In this document: piece by piece, positions 10,518 through 24,111 of the stretch | How the letters are laid out: every line of letters begins with the position of its first letter | How positions within the stretch are numbered: the first letter of the stretch is position 1 | NCBI RefSeq assembly: GCF_030144855.1 | Contig: NC_082706.1 | Coordinates: 104,904,001 to 104,968,000 of the forward strand | Source of the DNA: Hypanus sabinus | Taxonomy: Eukaryota | DNA: 64,000 nt | Reading direction: 5' to 3' | Translations under genes and position numbers: made by a program | Notes under the pieces: model-generated | The model's database searches: none | What the model was told of the DNA's origin: nothing | The model's input: only the letters and a program-made list of their open reading frames with translations

Positions 10518-13344
10518 TTTGGCCTTTCCCAGACCTTCTCTCTGTTTATTCTTGTTCAGGTATGGAGTTCCGGAGTTCTTTGACACTATCATATACTTAT
10601 AAACTGTTATTATTGCCCATGTTAGTTTTAGTTTAGTGTTTGTTTCATATATATATTTTCTTTCACACATCTCTAATTTTTTTTTCTTTTTCTTTTGATG
10701 ATTAGTTTTGTTTTTTTTCATATATAATTATATAGACTTGATTGATTAATGTACTTTTTTGTTGTTGATGTTTAATAGGATATCATTATCCTATTATTAA
10801 TGTAATCTTAAGTCTATTGTATTCATAACCTATTCATTATTATGTTATGTTTTTTTATATTTATATGAAACTCAATAAAAAGATTGAAAAAGAAAGAAAG
10901 GAATTTGCTAAAGGATCGTTGTTTTGTGGATGTTAAATCCAAAGCTATTTCTCCCACTGATGCTGGTGAACAAATTGTTAATGCCTCGGAGCTTGACCAC
11001 CAAACATGTACATACTACAGAAGCACACCAAGCATAACAACGTCCCTTCCTGATAGTCAGACATATGTAAACTACAGACGAGAACTGCAGAGCAATTAAG
11101 TAATGGGATCCAGAATGATTTGCCCTTTCCTTGTCTACAGATACAGCAGCAGGAGGAAGTGAACTTGCCTATATTGATACAAGGAGATTAATAAACATTC
11201 AGTTCTACTGCTTCATTCATTGAGATCCTGGATGATCATCTACTTCATTTTCCCCTTAATCCCCACAAGCTTATACCCCTTGGTATACTATAGTCTATCA
11301 ATATCAGACTTGTTCATACACTAAATGTCATGGAGCATGGAAGTTTTTAAAAAATGCAGAAGCTGAGAATCTAAAATAAAAACAGATAATGCTACTAACA
11401 CTCAGGTCAGGTATTATCAGTTGAAAGGGAAACAAAGTGAATATTTTGGATTGGAGATCCTTTGTCTGAAACAGTATTTCTGGCTTCTATGGCATAAGGT
11501 TCCATAGATGGCAAATGATCCTTCACTGCAAACCTGTAGAATGAGTGATTGCCAATAAACGCACAAAGTATTCCTTTTGCATCACAAGTATAAGCTACAA
11601 TGGCACAAACCATTTAGGATGTACCACGGTCTCTTTTTTATCCATATTCTCATGACTAACGTGCACACCATTTCATTATGGCATTGTGGTGTAGGTAGCA
11701 GAGCTGTTGCAGCACAGCTTTGATGACACAGATTTCATTCTGACATCTCCTGTTAACCATGAGGAATTTGCACATTCTGCTCCTAAATATCTGGGTTTCC
11801 AGTTTCTCCCATATCTCCAGCCCCAACTGCAAATAATTATATCCAACTACAAAGTCCTAATACAAATATGAGGTGCTATTTGAAAAAATCTGTAACTAAC
11901 GTTTCCACAATGCTACACTGATATCAGTGGTAAAAGAAAGAAAACTTAGGTAGCATCTTTCAATGCCTGACGTTATTATAAAATACAAGTACTCAATGAA
12001 ATACATTGGAGAAGTGGTCATGGCTGGATTGTAGAAAGGTGAAATATATAATCCTGTATCAGTCCCATTCTTTTAATGTGGATTCTTTATTTACTTAAGC
12101 TCTACACTTACAAAATTCTTACATTCTAGAAATCAATTGAGTATTACCAGCTTTCATCTATTTTTTTTTAGCAGCGACTAGAATCCTGTGTGGTTTTTTT
12201 TGTTCCGGTTGCCAGAGGACAAGGGGGAGGATTTTTTTTTAAATCAAAAAAAAATATTATGGCTGGATGTCCACTGCATGGAAGCAGATTTAAATGAGAA
12301 TTTCAGCAGGAAACTGGATAAATACATGAAAATCAGAAACGTGCTAGGTAGGTGAAAGGAACAGATTCACATTATTTTTGCAGCCAACAGCACCAGAGTG
12401 GGAAGATTGGTCTCCTCCTGTGCTGTGCAATCCTATTTTTATAATCATACAGGATCAGTAAGAACAGCTAAAGGGATTGGTTTCTGTGCTGATTCTTTAA
12501 CTGCTCAACTATGGGGTGGGGGGGGAGATGGGAAAGAAAAAGCAGGCAGAAGGCAGAGGAATCAATAGTGAGGGGACAAAAGATCTAATAAAATAAAAAC
12601 TGAAGTGAAGGGGAGTATCAGAAACAAAATGGTTAAAAGGCTTGTTAAAAAAAAGTGATATTCCTACAAGTTGCATATCTAGACATTCAATCAGAAACAT
12701 GGCTATCCCATGGGAGAGCAAATCACCTGTTTTTTAATCTGCTGTTCTGTCACCCACCTCTAAGCACAGAAAATTGTTAACATCTGTATAATGACCCAAA
12801 TGTCACCTGTCAGATTCCTGCATGATTAATTTCACACCTCTGCCAGTAAAAGATGAATTGCTTTAGTAGCTCCCTCCTCACAGAGTGCTGTGTATGTACC
12901 AAGTTATTCTGTGGCAATGAAGGAGCACAGTGCCATTCTGGTGGTTTGAACAAAGCAGACAATTTTAAATAGAATTTGGATATGTACTGAATAGCAAAGA
13001 TTAAACAGCAAGTACTGTTCGTTAACAATTTCCACAATTCATGTCAATGAGATTGATTAGGCAGTTTGCTGACAATACAATAGGATAAAGCAACTCATAA
13101 AAACATAAGTGGAGTGACTGCAAATCACCATCCAGTACACCAGTCCGTAAAAATATATATTACAGAAAATGGGTCCCCAATGGGTTATCAAACCGATACA
13201 GACATCATACTTAGTCATCTCAATTCAGTCTTTGGATTACATATTAACAATCAGAATCAAAAAAGAGGCACTTGCATAATCATTTTCAGACAAAGTATAA
13301 TTTGGTCAACACAAGCAACCATCTACATACACACACACACCCCC

Positions 13345-15045
13345 CCCAAGATTTGTTACAAGTGTATTCAATAAATCCAATATTCATAATAAAATCAATG
13401 AAAGACCACACCAACAGGGTATATACATCCAGTGTGCAAAAGACAATAAACTGCGCAAATACAAAAATTGAGATAATCATAATTATCACAACAACTAATA
13501 AAAAATCAAGAACATGAAATGAAGGTTCCTAGAAATTGAGTCCATAGGATATGGGAACATGTCAGTGATTGGGCAAATGAAACTAAGTGAAGTTAACTCC
13601 TTTGTTCAAGAGCCTGATGGCTGAGGGGCAGTAACTGTTCCTGAACCTGGTGGTGTTAAGTCCTGAGGCTCCTGTACCTCCTTCCTGATGGCAGCAACAC
13701 GTAGAGAGCATGAGCTGGGTGATGGGGGTCACTGATGATGGATGCTGCTTTCCTGCAACAAAGCTTCATATGGATATGCTCAATGGTGGAGAGGGCTTTC
13801 CCCGTGATGGACAAGGGTGCTGGTGTTTCCATACCAGGCTGTGAAGCAGCCATTCAATATATGCTCCACTGCACATCTATAAAGTTTGACAAAGCCTTAG
13901 ATGTCATGCTTCACAAATCCTAAGGAAGTAAAGGCTTTGCCGTGCTTTCTTCATAATTGCAACAATGTGCTAGGCCCAGGACAGGTCCTCTGAAATGGTA
14001 ACACCGAGGAATTATAAGTTGCTGATGCCCTCCACCTCAAATCCCCCAGTGAGGACTAGCTCATGGACCTCTGTTTTTTCCCCTGAAAGTCAAAAATTAG
14101 CTCCTTCGTCTTGCTGACATTGAGTAAGAGGTTGTAGTTGTGGCTACACTCATCCAGATTTTTAATCTCCCTCCTATATGCTGATTCATCATCACCTACT
14201 ACAGCAGTGTCGTCAGCAAACATAAATATGGCCTTGGAGCCATGCTTTGCCACTATCCTAAGTGTGAAGTGAATTGAGCAGGGGTCTAAGCACACAAACT
14301 TGTGGTGCACCTGTGGTGATGGAGATGTGGAGATGTTGCTGCCAATCCGAACTGACTAGGATCTGCAAGTGAAGAAATTGAGAATCCAATTGCACAAGGA
14401 CACATCGAGACCAAGGTCTTGAAGCTTACTGATCAGTTCTGAGGGGATGGTAACATTGAATGCCGAGCTGTAGTTGATAAAGAACGTCCTGAACTACGCA
14501 CCTTTGGTGTCCAGATGTCCCAGTGTTGAGTGAAAAGCCAATGAGATAGCATCTGTTGTGCCAGTAAGCAAACTGGCGCAGATCCAAGTCGCTTCTCAGG
14601 CAAGAGTTGATGTGTTTAATCTCCAACCTCTCAAAACACTTCATTACTGTGGATGTACAGTAAGTGCTACCGGACGACAGTCATTGAGGCAGGTTACCAC
14701 GTTCTTCTTTAGCCACTGGTATAATTGAAGCCAAAGAAGAACACGGTAACTTGCCTCAATGACTATTGTCCAGGACCATGAATCAGGTGGGTACCTCAGA
14801 CTGCTTAAGCAAGAGGTTAAAGATCTCAGTGAACATTTCAGCTAGTTGGTCAGCACAGGTCTTTAGTACTCAGAAAGGTACATCATCTGGGAATGATGCT
14901 TTCCATGGGTTCACCCTCCTGAAGAATGCTCACACATTGGCCTCAGCAACAGAAATCATAAGTCCTCCCTTAGAGGACTAAGGGAGTTCGTGATAGCTCC
15001 TCCGTGTTTTGATGGTCAAAGCGAGCATAAAAGGCATTGAGCTCA
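13345..15045 (-). mobile_element. Rex1/Babar LINE, 5'-truncated, degenerate
   Basis: Fragments MKCFERL..HINSCL..DLD, FADDTAVVG..ESAYRREI..LNVSKTKELI and LLPSGRRYRSLRT. Confidence 0.85.
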
Positions 15046-16504
15046 GGTGTGTTATGTATGTATATATGCGTACCCATTAAAGGAAGAGTATGTAACTCTT
15101 AAATAAAAGTAAAATTTATTTTTGCATAGCTTTTCATTGTATAATTATGCATCACAATTATCACCATGACAAAGTGTCTTTGAAGCAAGTTTCTGGGGAA
15201 TCCACTCGGACATGTATTCCCCTCACAGAATGTACATTCTCCCTTTAAATGGACCTATACTGCAGACGTATAGGTCCATTTAATGGTATACATGTATGTA
15301 GTTAAATGATAGTCCACTTGACAACTTGACTAAACCAGGAAAATTTACATAAAGGTTGGCAACAGGCAAAAAATGTTAAGGTTTTAATGAGCAACAGAAA
15401 CCACAAAGGAGAAATATTTAATTCAACTGTTAATCTTAAACTTTGCTTTCATGCTAGGCAGTCTTCAATTTTAAATTCACCCTGGGAAGCCACCCACGAG
15501 GCAATAATTTTTTTTTCAATTACTACAGAATTAAAGAAGCAAACTAGCTTCCTTATTTTTTATTTTTAAAACTGAACCACTATCTCCCATCAGCAGCCAA
15601 GATTTCTATACTTTGCTTTAATCAAGGACAAAGATTTTACTGACTGCCCTGTTCCAATGGGTATAAGGAACTTAGAGGACGCAAAGTAACATGGCTTTAG
15701 ATTTTGATTGTGAATTTGTAGTGCCTAAGCACATGGCACAAAATTATTAAATATACACCTTTCTAAGATATGGATATAATAGAAATTTATTCCCAATTTA
15801 GGGACAGTGACAAAAGCTGACAAACTGGCATTAAGTAGGCAACCTCAATTTTCCTGTGTTGTAGTGGGCAGTAACAATTAATCAGTAGAAGTTGAACTTA
15901 CTATTGTATTTCTTCTCTAAATATATCATACAAGATGCTTAAGATTAACACACTTGACCCGGGACATTTATTTATGAGCCATAATTAAACCTTATTTAAC
16001 AAAGTAAGCTAGAATGTCAATACTTCTATGAAAGAATTAAGGTGGTAAAGAAAATAATCTTTATAAGATGAAAAGACAGTAAGTATGTAAGGAATTAAGT
16101 TCTGTAAATCATGATGCTACACCTATACTAATAATTGAAAGATTTTTATACTTTAAATATATCAAGGGATATTGGTGTTTAGTACAATATAAATGGAATT
16201 GAGCTAAAGAAATCAGCCTTGGTCTTATCGAATGGTGTTTCAATAACCAGTCCACTCCAGCTGCTATCTCTCACGTTCTTAAGATCAATATTAGCTCTTT
16301 TGACAGAATTATAGTCATATAACACATGACTCTAACTTATCCTTGATGTTCTGTAGTGAGTATAACACATTCTGCAGCTTCTTGCATTCCTACACAAACT
16401 ATAATGAAATGGGTCAGAATACTTTCAACAGGTTACATCTGTAGAGGTTTATTGTTGTCCATTGACAAGTCAAACCTCCTCAGCTTAACAAAGATGTCAG
16501 TGTT

Positions 16505-16830
16505 CTATAGGAGGCATTGCCTCAAGAAAGCAACAATTATCAAAGATTCCAACCATGCCCACCTGGACCATGCCATCTTCTTGCATCTACCACAGGCTAG
16601 AAGTATAGAGGACTGAATTCCCACACCACTAGGTTCAAGAACAGCTACTTCCCTTCAACCATTCTCCTCCTGGACCAACTGGCACAATCCTAAACCACTA
16701 CATTTTAGCAGCAATATGATCTCTTTCCACTTTATACTTTGTGTTTATTTTTGTTCTTGTAAAAACTATGTATTAATTACTGTTCCACTTATGTTTTCCT
16801 TTATAATGCTGCTCATATGATACTATGAGC
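16505..16830 (+). mobile_element. Rex1/Babar LINE 3' end fragment
   Basis: RRHCLKKATIIKDSNH.HL.HAIF..LP, followed by a T-rich 3' UTR. Confidence 0.65.
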
Positions 16831-16899
16831 CAAAATGATCTGGCAAAGTGTGGATTGGGTCAGACTGTTTTCTGGCAAAGGTGTACTTGGTAAGTGAAA

Positions 16900-17690
16900 G
16901 GTGTGGGAGGCATGGACTGGGTGGTGAGGATCTTTGATGATGGATGCTGCTTTTCCATGGCAACATTTCATGTAGATGTGCTCAATGTTTGGGAGGGTTT
17001 TACCCATGATATACTGGGTTGAATCCACTACCTTCTGTAGGATTTTCCACTCAACAGCATTGGTGTTCCCATGCCAGGCCGTGTGGCAGCCAGTCAGCAC
17101 CCTTTCCACCACACATCGATAAAAGTTTGCCAAGGTTTTCAATAACATGCCAAGCCTCTGCAGACTCCTGAGGAAGTAGAGGTGCTGCCATGCTTCCTTC
17201 GCAAATATATTTATATGATGGGTCCAGGACAGGTCCTCCAAGATAGTGACACCAAGGAATTTAAAGTTACTGACCCTCTATACCTCTGATCCTCCGATGT
17301 TTACTGGCTTATGGACCTCTGGTTTTCCTCTTCTGAAGTCGACAATCAGTTCCTTGGTCTCACTGACATTGAGTGAGAGTTGCTGTTATTACACCACTCT
17401 GCCAAATTTTCAATCTCCCTCCTGTATGCTGATTTATCATCACCTTTGATACAGCCCACAACAGTGGTGCCATCAGCAAAGTTGCACACACTGTTACAGC
17501 TGTACTTAGACACACAGCCATAAGTATAAAGCAAGTAGAGCAGGGGGCTAAGTACACATCCTCGTGGTGCTCCTGTGCTGATGGACATTGTGGAGATCTT
17601 TTTGCCAATCCGAACTGACTGGGATCTACATCTGAGGATCCAATTACGTAAGGAAGAATGCCCAGGTCTTGGAGTTTACTGATTAGTTAT
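16900..17690 (-). mobile_element. Rex1/Babar LINE RT/C-terminal fragment
   Basis: STGAPRGCVLSPLLYLLYT, FADGTTVVG, DLSWTHHI..K.A.QHLYFLRSL and NFYRCVVE. Confidence 0.85.
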
Positions 17691-17749
17691 AACAACTTTA
17701 TGTTTCTGCAATCTCTGCAAATGTATTCCTCTAAATCCCAAGGACTATT

Positions 17750-19100
17750 GGGTAGTCTATAATAAAGCCCCATTAATATGGTCATACCTATTTTATTCCT
17801 CAATTTCACACATAAAGCCTCACTAAACGGTTCTCGAGTCTGTCTTGAGTACTGTCATGACATTTTTCCTGATTAGTAATGCCACCCCTTCCTCTTTAAT
17901 CCCTCCCACTCTGTCACATCTAAAATAACAGAACCCTGGAATATTAAGCTACCAGTCCAGCCTCTCCTGCAACCATCCCACTAATGGCTGTAATATCATA
18001 ATTCCAAGCTGACCTATGCCCTGAGTTCATCTGCTTTTTTAGCAATGCTTCTTGCATTGAAATATACACAGCTCAGAACATTAGTCCCAACATACACAAT
18101 TTTTTGATTACTGACTTTATCTGTAAGTTTCTCATCCCCCTGTTAATCTAGTTGAACCCCCCCTCCCCGCCCATGCAGCACTAGCAAACCTTCCCGCTAA
18201 AATAATAGATCCCTCCCATTCAGGTGCAAACTGTCTCTTCTGTACAGGTCACAGCTTCCCTGGAAGAGAGCCCAATGATCCAAAAATCTATCGCTCTCCC
18301 TTCTATAACAACTCCTTAGCGACATGTTAAACTGTATGATCTTACTACCTCTGGCCTCAGAAGCACGTGTCATGGGTAGCAAACCAGAGATCACAACTCT
18401 GGAGATCCTGCTCTTTAACTTAGCACCTAACTCCCTGAACACACTTTGCAGAAGCTCATCACTCTTCCTACCTATGTCATTGGTACCTACATAGACTACA
18501 ACCTCTGGCTGTTCACCCTCCCATTTAAGAATGCTGAGGACTCGATCCGAGATATCCCAGACCCTAGCACCCAGGAGGCAAAATACCTTTGGGGAATCAT
18601 GTTCTTGCCCACAGAACTCTTGTTCTGTTCCCCTAATCAACAAATCCCTTATCACTACAGTTCCCCTCTTCTCCCTCCTTCCCTTCTCAGCCTCAGAACC
18701 AGACTCAGTACCAGAGACCAGACCACTGTGTCTTTCTTCTACTAGGTCTTCCCTCCCCGCCAAAAGTATCCAGAGCGTTATACCTGTTGAGGGGAATGGC
18801 CATGGTGCTACTCTGCACTGGGTGTTTAACCCCTTTCCCCTTCCTGTCACCCAGTCTCCTGTGTCCTGCATCTTGGGTGTAACTATATCTCTACATGTCC
18901 TTTCTATCACTGCCCTTCCTCCCAAATGATACAGAGTTTATTCAGTTCCACTCCTTAATGCGGAGTATTAGTAGCTGTAGCTGGATGCATTTCTTGCAGG
19001 TGTAGTGTTTAAGGATACTGGCGGACTCCCTGCTTTCCCACATCCCTCAAGAAGAGCATTCAACTTTCTTGCCTGGCATTCCTACTGTTCTAACAGTGCA
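17750..19100 (-). mobile_element. CR1 LINE 5' part (ORF1 and start of ORF2), decayed
   Basis: Contains the SGNH-esterase ORF1 at 18197-18925, followed by APE-like sequence. Confidence 0.85.
18197..18925 (-). pseudogene. CR1 ORF1 SGNH/GDSL esterase domain
   Basis: VVVYVGTNDIG, VVISGLLP, FLDHW and RRDSLHLN; the catalytic GDS block is mutated to RDL. Confidence 0.85.
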
Positions 19101-19774
19101 AAAATAAAGAAGGAAAACAATAAATAAACTGAAAATAAAATCTACCTACAGCTTTTACGCCACTCTCATTCAAGCCTCTCCATGCTGCAGTCTCAAAGAG
19201 CTAAAGCCTCAAAATTCCAATTCTAACACTGTCCACTCCACTTACCCCTGCCTAATTTTAATTTGTTCTTGCCAATCAGTCTGATCGCTGATTGGCTGCT
19301 GCTGAAAACACCAAACTACTGTAAGTTGATGCCTTAAATGCTCAATTGATGAACCTGAGTGACCTACATCATCTTATGCTTTGGATCACTGATTGGACGC
19401 TGCTCAAACCTTTCAAGGCATTTATCCAACTAATTTTAAAATATTGAATCAATTTCTATACTCTTTCAAGGGAGCCCACTCTAGTTCAAATTTCACCTAA
19501 TTTCACCCCTTTTCTGTCAGATAACTTGCAATCAGTACTCTCTGGTAAGAAAGCTGGGAAATACTATTATAATTTTTGAAACGAAGAACAGGTTGCATGC
19601 AACACCATATCAAAGGGAACTGTAACAGGCACTGTTCCAGTAAAAGCAGGCTGCATTTCTCGGCCCTGTGCTCCACTTTCATTTCCAGAACATGTACACC
19701 ACACTGTGTTCATTTGAGGTACTGTAATCATAGTATCTAGGCATCTAGACAATGACTGGCAAGTAAAGACAAAT

Positions 19775-22700
19775 ATAGAACACAGAACAGTACAACACAG
19801 GAACAAACCATGGTGTGCCAAACCAGCTAAAACACACAAACACTAATCCCTCCTACCTACACCATGTCCATATCCCTCCATCTTCCTTACACCCATGTGC
19901 CTTGCCAAACATCTCTTAAAAGCTTCTAATATATCTGCCTCTCCCATCATACCAGGCAGCACATACCAGGCATCCACAACTCGCTGAGAAATGAAAATGA
20001 TCCCTCACTTCTTCCTTGAACCTAACCCCCTCACCTTCAATGAACGTCCTCGATGTTAGACATTTCAACCCTGGGAAACAGATGCTCGCTATCCACTCTA
20101 TCTATGCCTCTCAGGTCGCCCCCTCAGCCTCCAATGCTCCAGAGAAAACCTCATATTTATCCAAGCTCTCATGATAGCACATGCTTTCTAAACCAAGCAG
20201 CATCCTGATAAACTATTTCTGCACCTCTCCAAAGCCTCAACATCCTTCCTATTGTGGGGTGACCAGAATTATATGCAATTCTCTATATGTGGCCCAACCA
20301 GAGTTTTATAAAGTTGCAACATAACCTCTCGACTTCTGAAACTCAATGTCTTGAATAATAAATGCAAACCTTAACTATCGTAAAGACATGTTAAGCCACT
20401 TTCAAGGAGAAATGAACTTGGATCCTAAGATCTCTCTGCTCAGCAATAATGTTAAGGATCTTGCCCTTAACATTGTATTGTCTCCTTGCATTTGCCCTTT
20501 CCAGGCTCAACATCTCACATGTATCTGGATAAATCTCCATCTGCTATTTCTCAGCCCATATCTGCAACTGATCTATATTGTTCTGTATTCTTTGCCAGTC
20601 TTCTACTCTATCCACAACTCTACTAACCTTGGTATCATCCGCAAATTCACTAATTCACCCATTTACATTTTCATGCAGGTCATTTATATACATCACGAAC
20701 AGCAGATCCTTGCAGAACTCCACTAATTACAGACCTCCAGCTCGAGTAAGTCCCTTCAACCAGTACCCTCTGTCTCCTATGCCCAAGCCAGTTCTGGATC
20801 CAAACAGCCAATTCACCATGGACCCCATACGTTTTAATCTTCTGGATTAGCCTGCCATGAGGGACTTCATCAAACACTTTATTAAAATACATGTAAGCAA
20901 TATCCACTGCCCTACCCTCATCAATTTATCTTGTCATCTTGTCAAAAAACTCAATCAAGTTGGTAAGACATGACCTGCCATACACAATGCCATGCTGGTT
21001 CTCTCTAATTAGGTCATGGGTTTCTAAATTCACATACAGTATATCCTATCCCCAAGAATTTTCCCCATCAATTTCACTACAAATAACATCAGGCTCACCG
21101 GTCTATAGTTCTCAAGATTTTCCCTTGCTTCCTTCTTAAATAGAGGTACAACTTTAGCCACTTGCCAGTACTCCTGCACCTCGCTTGTGGCTCAAGAGGT
21201 CACCAAGATACTGGTCAAGGGCCCAACAATCTCCACACCTACATCCTTCAATAACCAGGGGCAAATCCCATCAGGCCCTGAGGACTTATCCACCTTAATA
21301 CTCATTAGGAGGCCCAACACAACATCCTAACTATTTATAGACACTCAGCACTGATCTTCTAGTCCTCCAAATCCTTTTTCTTGGTAAATACTGAAGCAAA
21401 GTATTCATTAAAAGTACCTCACTCACATTCTCTGCATCCAAGCAAATGCTCCCCCCTTTATCCTTGAGTGGTCCCATACTCTCCCTAGTTATCCTCTTGG
21501 TCTTGATGTATGTGTAAAATGCCTTGAAGTTCACCTTGATCCTACTTGCCAAGGACTTCTCATGCCCCCTCCTGGCTTTCCTAATACCTTTCTTTAGTTT
21601 TTCTGGCTTCTTTATAATCCTTGTGTGCTCCGTGTGATCCGAACTTCCAAAGCTTTACATACTTTTCCTTTTTCTTCTTGACTGGATTCACCATCTCTCT
21701 GGACATCCATGGTTTTACCTTTCTTTTTTCCAGTAACATAGCTTTTCTGTAACCTGTGCAATTGATCTTTAAACATCCTCCATATGTCTGATGTGGACTG
21801 GCTAGAGAAAAGGTGTTCCAGTTAACACTTCTTAGTTCCTGCCTATGCGTTCATAATTTGCCCTACTCTAATTTAAAACCCTCCCACAAAGACCATACCT
21901 GTCTTAATCTATAGCTTACCTGAAATGTATGGAATTGTGGTCACTGTGTCCTAACTGTTCACCCTCTGAAAGGTCAGTCACCTAGCCAAGCTCATTACCC
22001 AACATCAGGTCCAGCACGCCTCTCTTCTCGTTGGACAATCCATGTATTGAATTTAAGAAGCCTACCTGGATACACTCAACAAATTCTGCCCATCTAAATC
22101 CCTTGCACTAAGAAATCACAGCTTATATTAGAGAAGTTGAAATCCCCAATGACAACAACCCGATTACTTTCACACATTTCCTTAATCTGATTACATATCT
22201 GTTCCTCAATATCCTGGTGGCTACTAAGTGGTCTGGAGATCAGTGTGATTTCACCCTTTCCATTCCTGAGTTCCACCCAAATGGACTCTATCTGGTGTTT
22301 CCACTCTCTCCTATGAGTGCAACTGAAATATTGTCCCTGATTAGTAGTGTAACTCCTCCTCCACCTCCCCCCCCCCCCCACTTACCTCCTCCTTTATCTT
22401 TTCTTTAGCTTCAAAAAACTGGTACATTAATCACCTCTCTCAACCAAGTTTCAATAATGGCTACAAAATCATAATCCCATGTACTAATCCATCCTCTAAG
22501 TTCATCATCTTTATTCATAAATATTCCTAGCATTAAAATATATGCATCAAACTATCCAACCCATCAAACCTGCTATTTTGATTTTGCCTTTCAATACTTC
22601 GCCTGACATCGACCTTCTGGTCCGATCCTTCCCTTACTAACCTGGGGTTCCAGTTTCCAGCCCTCTGCAAAACTAGTTTGAACTCTCCCAAATAGCATCA

Positions 22701-23560
22701 GCAAACCTCCCGGCCAGGATACTTGTTCCAGTTCAGCTGCAACCCGTCCCTCTTGTACAGGTCACCCCTTCCCCAGAAAAGGTTCCAATGATCCAAGACC
22801 ATGAAACCCTGCCCCCTGTACCATCTCTTCAGCCACTCATTCGAAGTGCTATCATCCCATTCCTACCTGCACTAGCCTGTGCCACAGGGAGTAATCAGGA
22901 GATTACAACCTTGGAGGTCCTTCTCTTCAGCCTCTTTCCTCTTTCTAACTCTATATACTCACTGTGTATGACCTATTCCACTTTTCTATCATTGGTGCCG
23001 ATATGAACCATGACCTCTGCTGTTCCCCTCCTCCTTTAGAATATCCTACAGCCATTCTGATACATTCTGGACCTTAGCACCTGGGAGGAAACACACCAAC
23101 CTGGTGTCTCTTTTGCAGCCAAGAATTTCCCTTCAGTCCATCGAGTACCCTATAACTACCACTCTGCCTGACTTTACCATTCCCTGTTGAGCCCCAGAGC
23201 TGGTCACAGTCTCACTATCCTGGCTGCTGCTACTGTGATCTGATCTCCCCCAGAAGCATCCAAAGAGGTATACTTGTTACTGAAAGGAATGGCCACAGAG
23301 GAGTGCTGCACTGACTTCTCAATCTCCTAACCTCTCCCAGTGGCACAGTCCGAAGCTTGCACTCTGGGTGTGAGCACCTCCTCAAAAGTTTCCTCTGTAA
23401 CATCTTCCGCCTCCCAAATGATTCTGAGTACATCCAACTCCAGCTCAAACTTCTTGACCTGATCAGTCACAAGTGCTGAAGTTGGGTGCACTTCCTACAG
23501 ACATAGTCATCAGGGAAACAACCAAGTATCCTGAATTCCCACATTTAACTGGAGGAGCAT
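19775..23560 (-). mobile_element. CR1 LINE, near full-length but internally deleted and decayed
   Basis: ORF1 remnant (~22700-23500), ESIWVELRN / VVIGDFNF (APE), IK.N.KAFY.YIK.KR, and YMYFNKVFDEVPHGRL..WIQNWL..RRQRV..SGVLQGS (RT); 3' tail near 19775. Confidence 0.88.
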
Positions 23561-23684
23561 GTATTTCCTCTGGGTCTCTGGTTTCCCCCTCCCCACAGTC
23601 CAAAGACGTACAAGATAGGGTCCCCGGACTGTGTACTTCATTGTATGTTTTGATGTATATGTGATAAGTAAATCTGAATCTGGA

Positions 23685-24110
23685 TTGTAATAAGGTATTC
23701 GACAAGATCCTACATGGTAGGCTCATCCACAAGATGGAGTTGCATAGGATCCACAGTGACATGGCTGCTTGGATTAAAAGATGGAGGCTAGTGGTTGATA
23801 GTGCTTAGTTTCGCCAGAAGACCATGTCTGGTTGTGTTCTGCAAGGATTATACTGGGTGGGACCTCTGGTGTTTTTGATAAATATAAATAACTTGGATGA
23901 AAACATAGTTGTGTGGAATAATAAGCTTGCAGTCAATACAGACAGTACCACAGACAGTGTAAAGATTGCCAAAGTATACAGCAGGATATAGATGTGTTGC
24001 AGATATTGTCAAAAGAAATGACACATGGAGTATAATCTATCCAAATGTGAACTCCTGCACATTTGGAGAACAAATATAAAGGGACAGTACACAGTTAAAG
24101 GCACAACCCT
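23685..24110 (+). mobile_element. CR1 RT fragment interrupted by a Rex element
   Basis: Degenerate KAFDKVPHGRL...YINDLDE..ISKFA-like sequence. Confidence 0.6.
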
Positions 24111-24111
24111 G

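Larger units (their letters stand above)
4760..10899 (+). mobile_element. Full-length fish-type LINE-1 (L1 clade) retrotransposon, recent insertion
   Basis: 11-bp TSD GGAATTTGCTA at 4749-4759 and 10900-10910; 5' end GGTGGAGTTTCAAGATGGCG; ORF1, ~950-bp spacer, ORF2 (EN-RT-CCHC); AATAAA at 10874-10879 followed by a GAAAAAGAAAGAAA tail. Confidence 0.96.
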
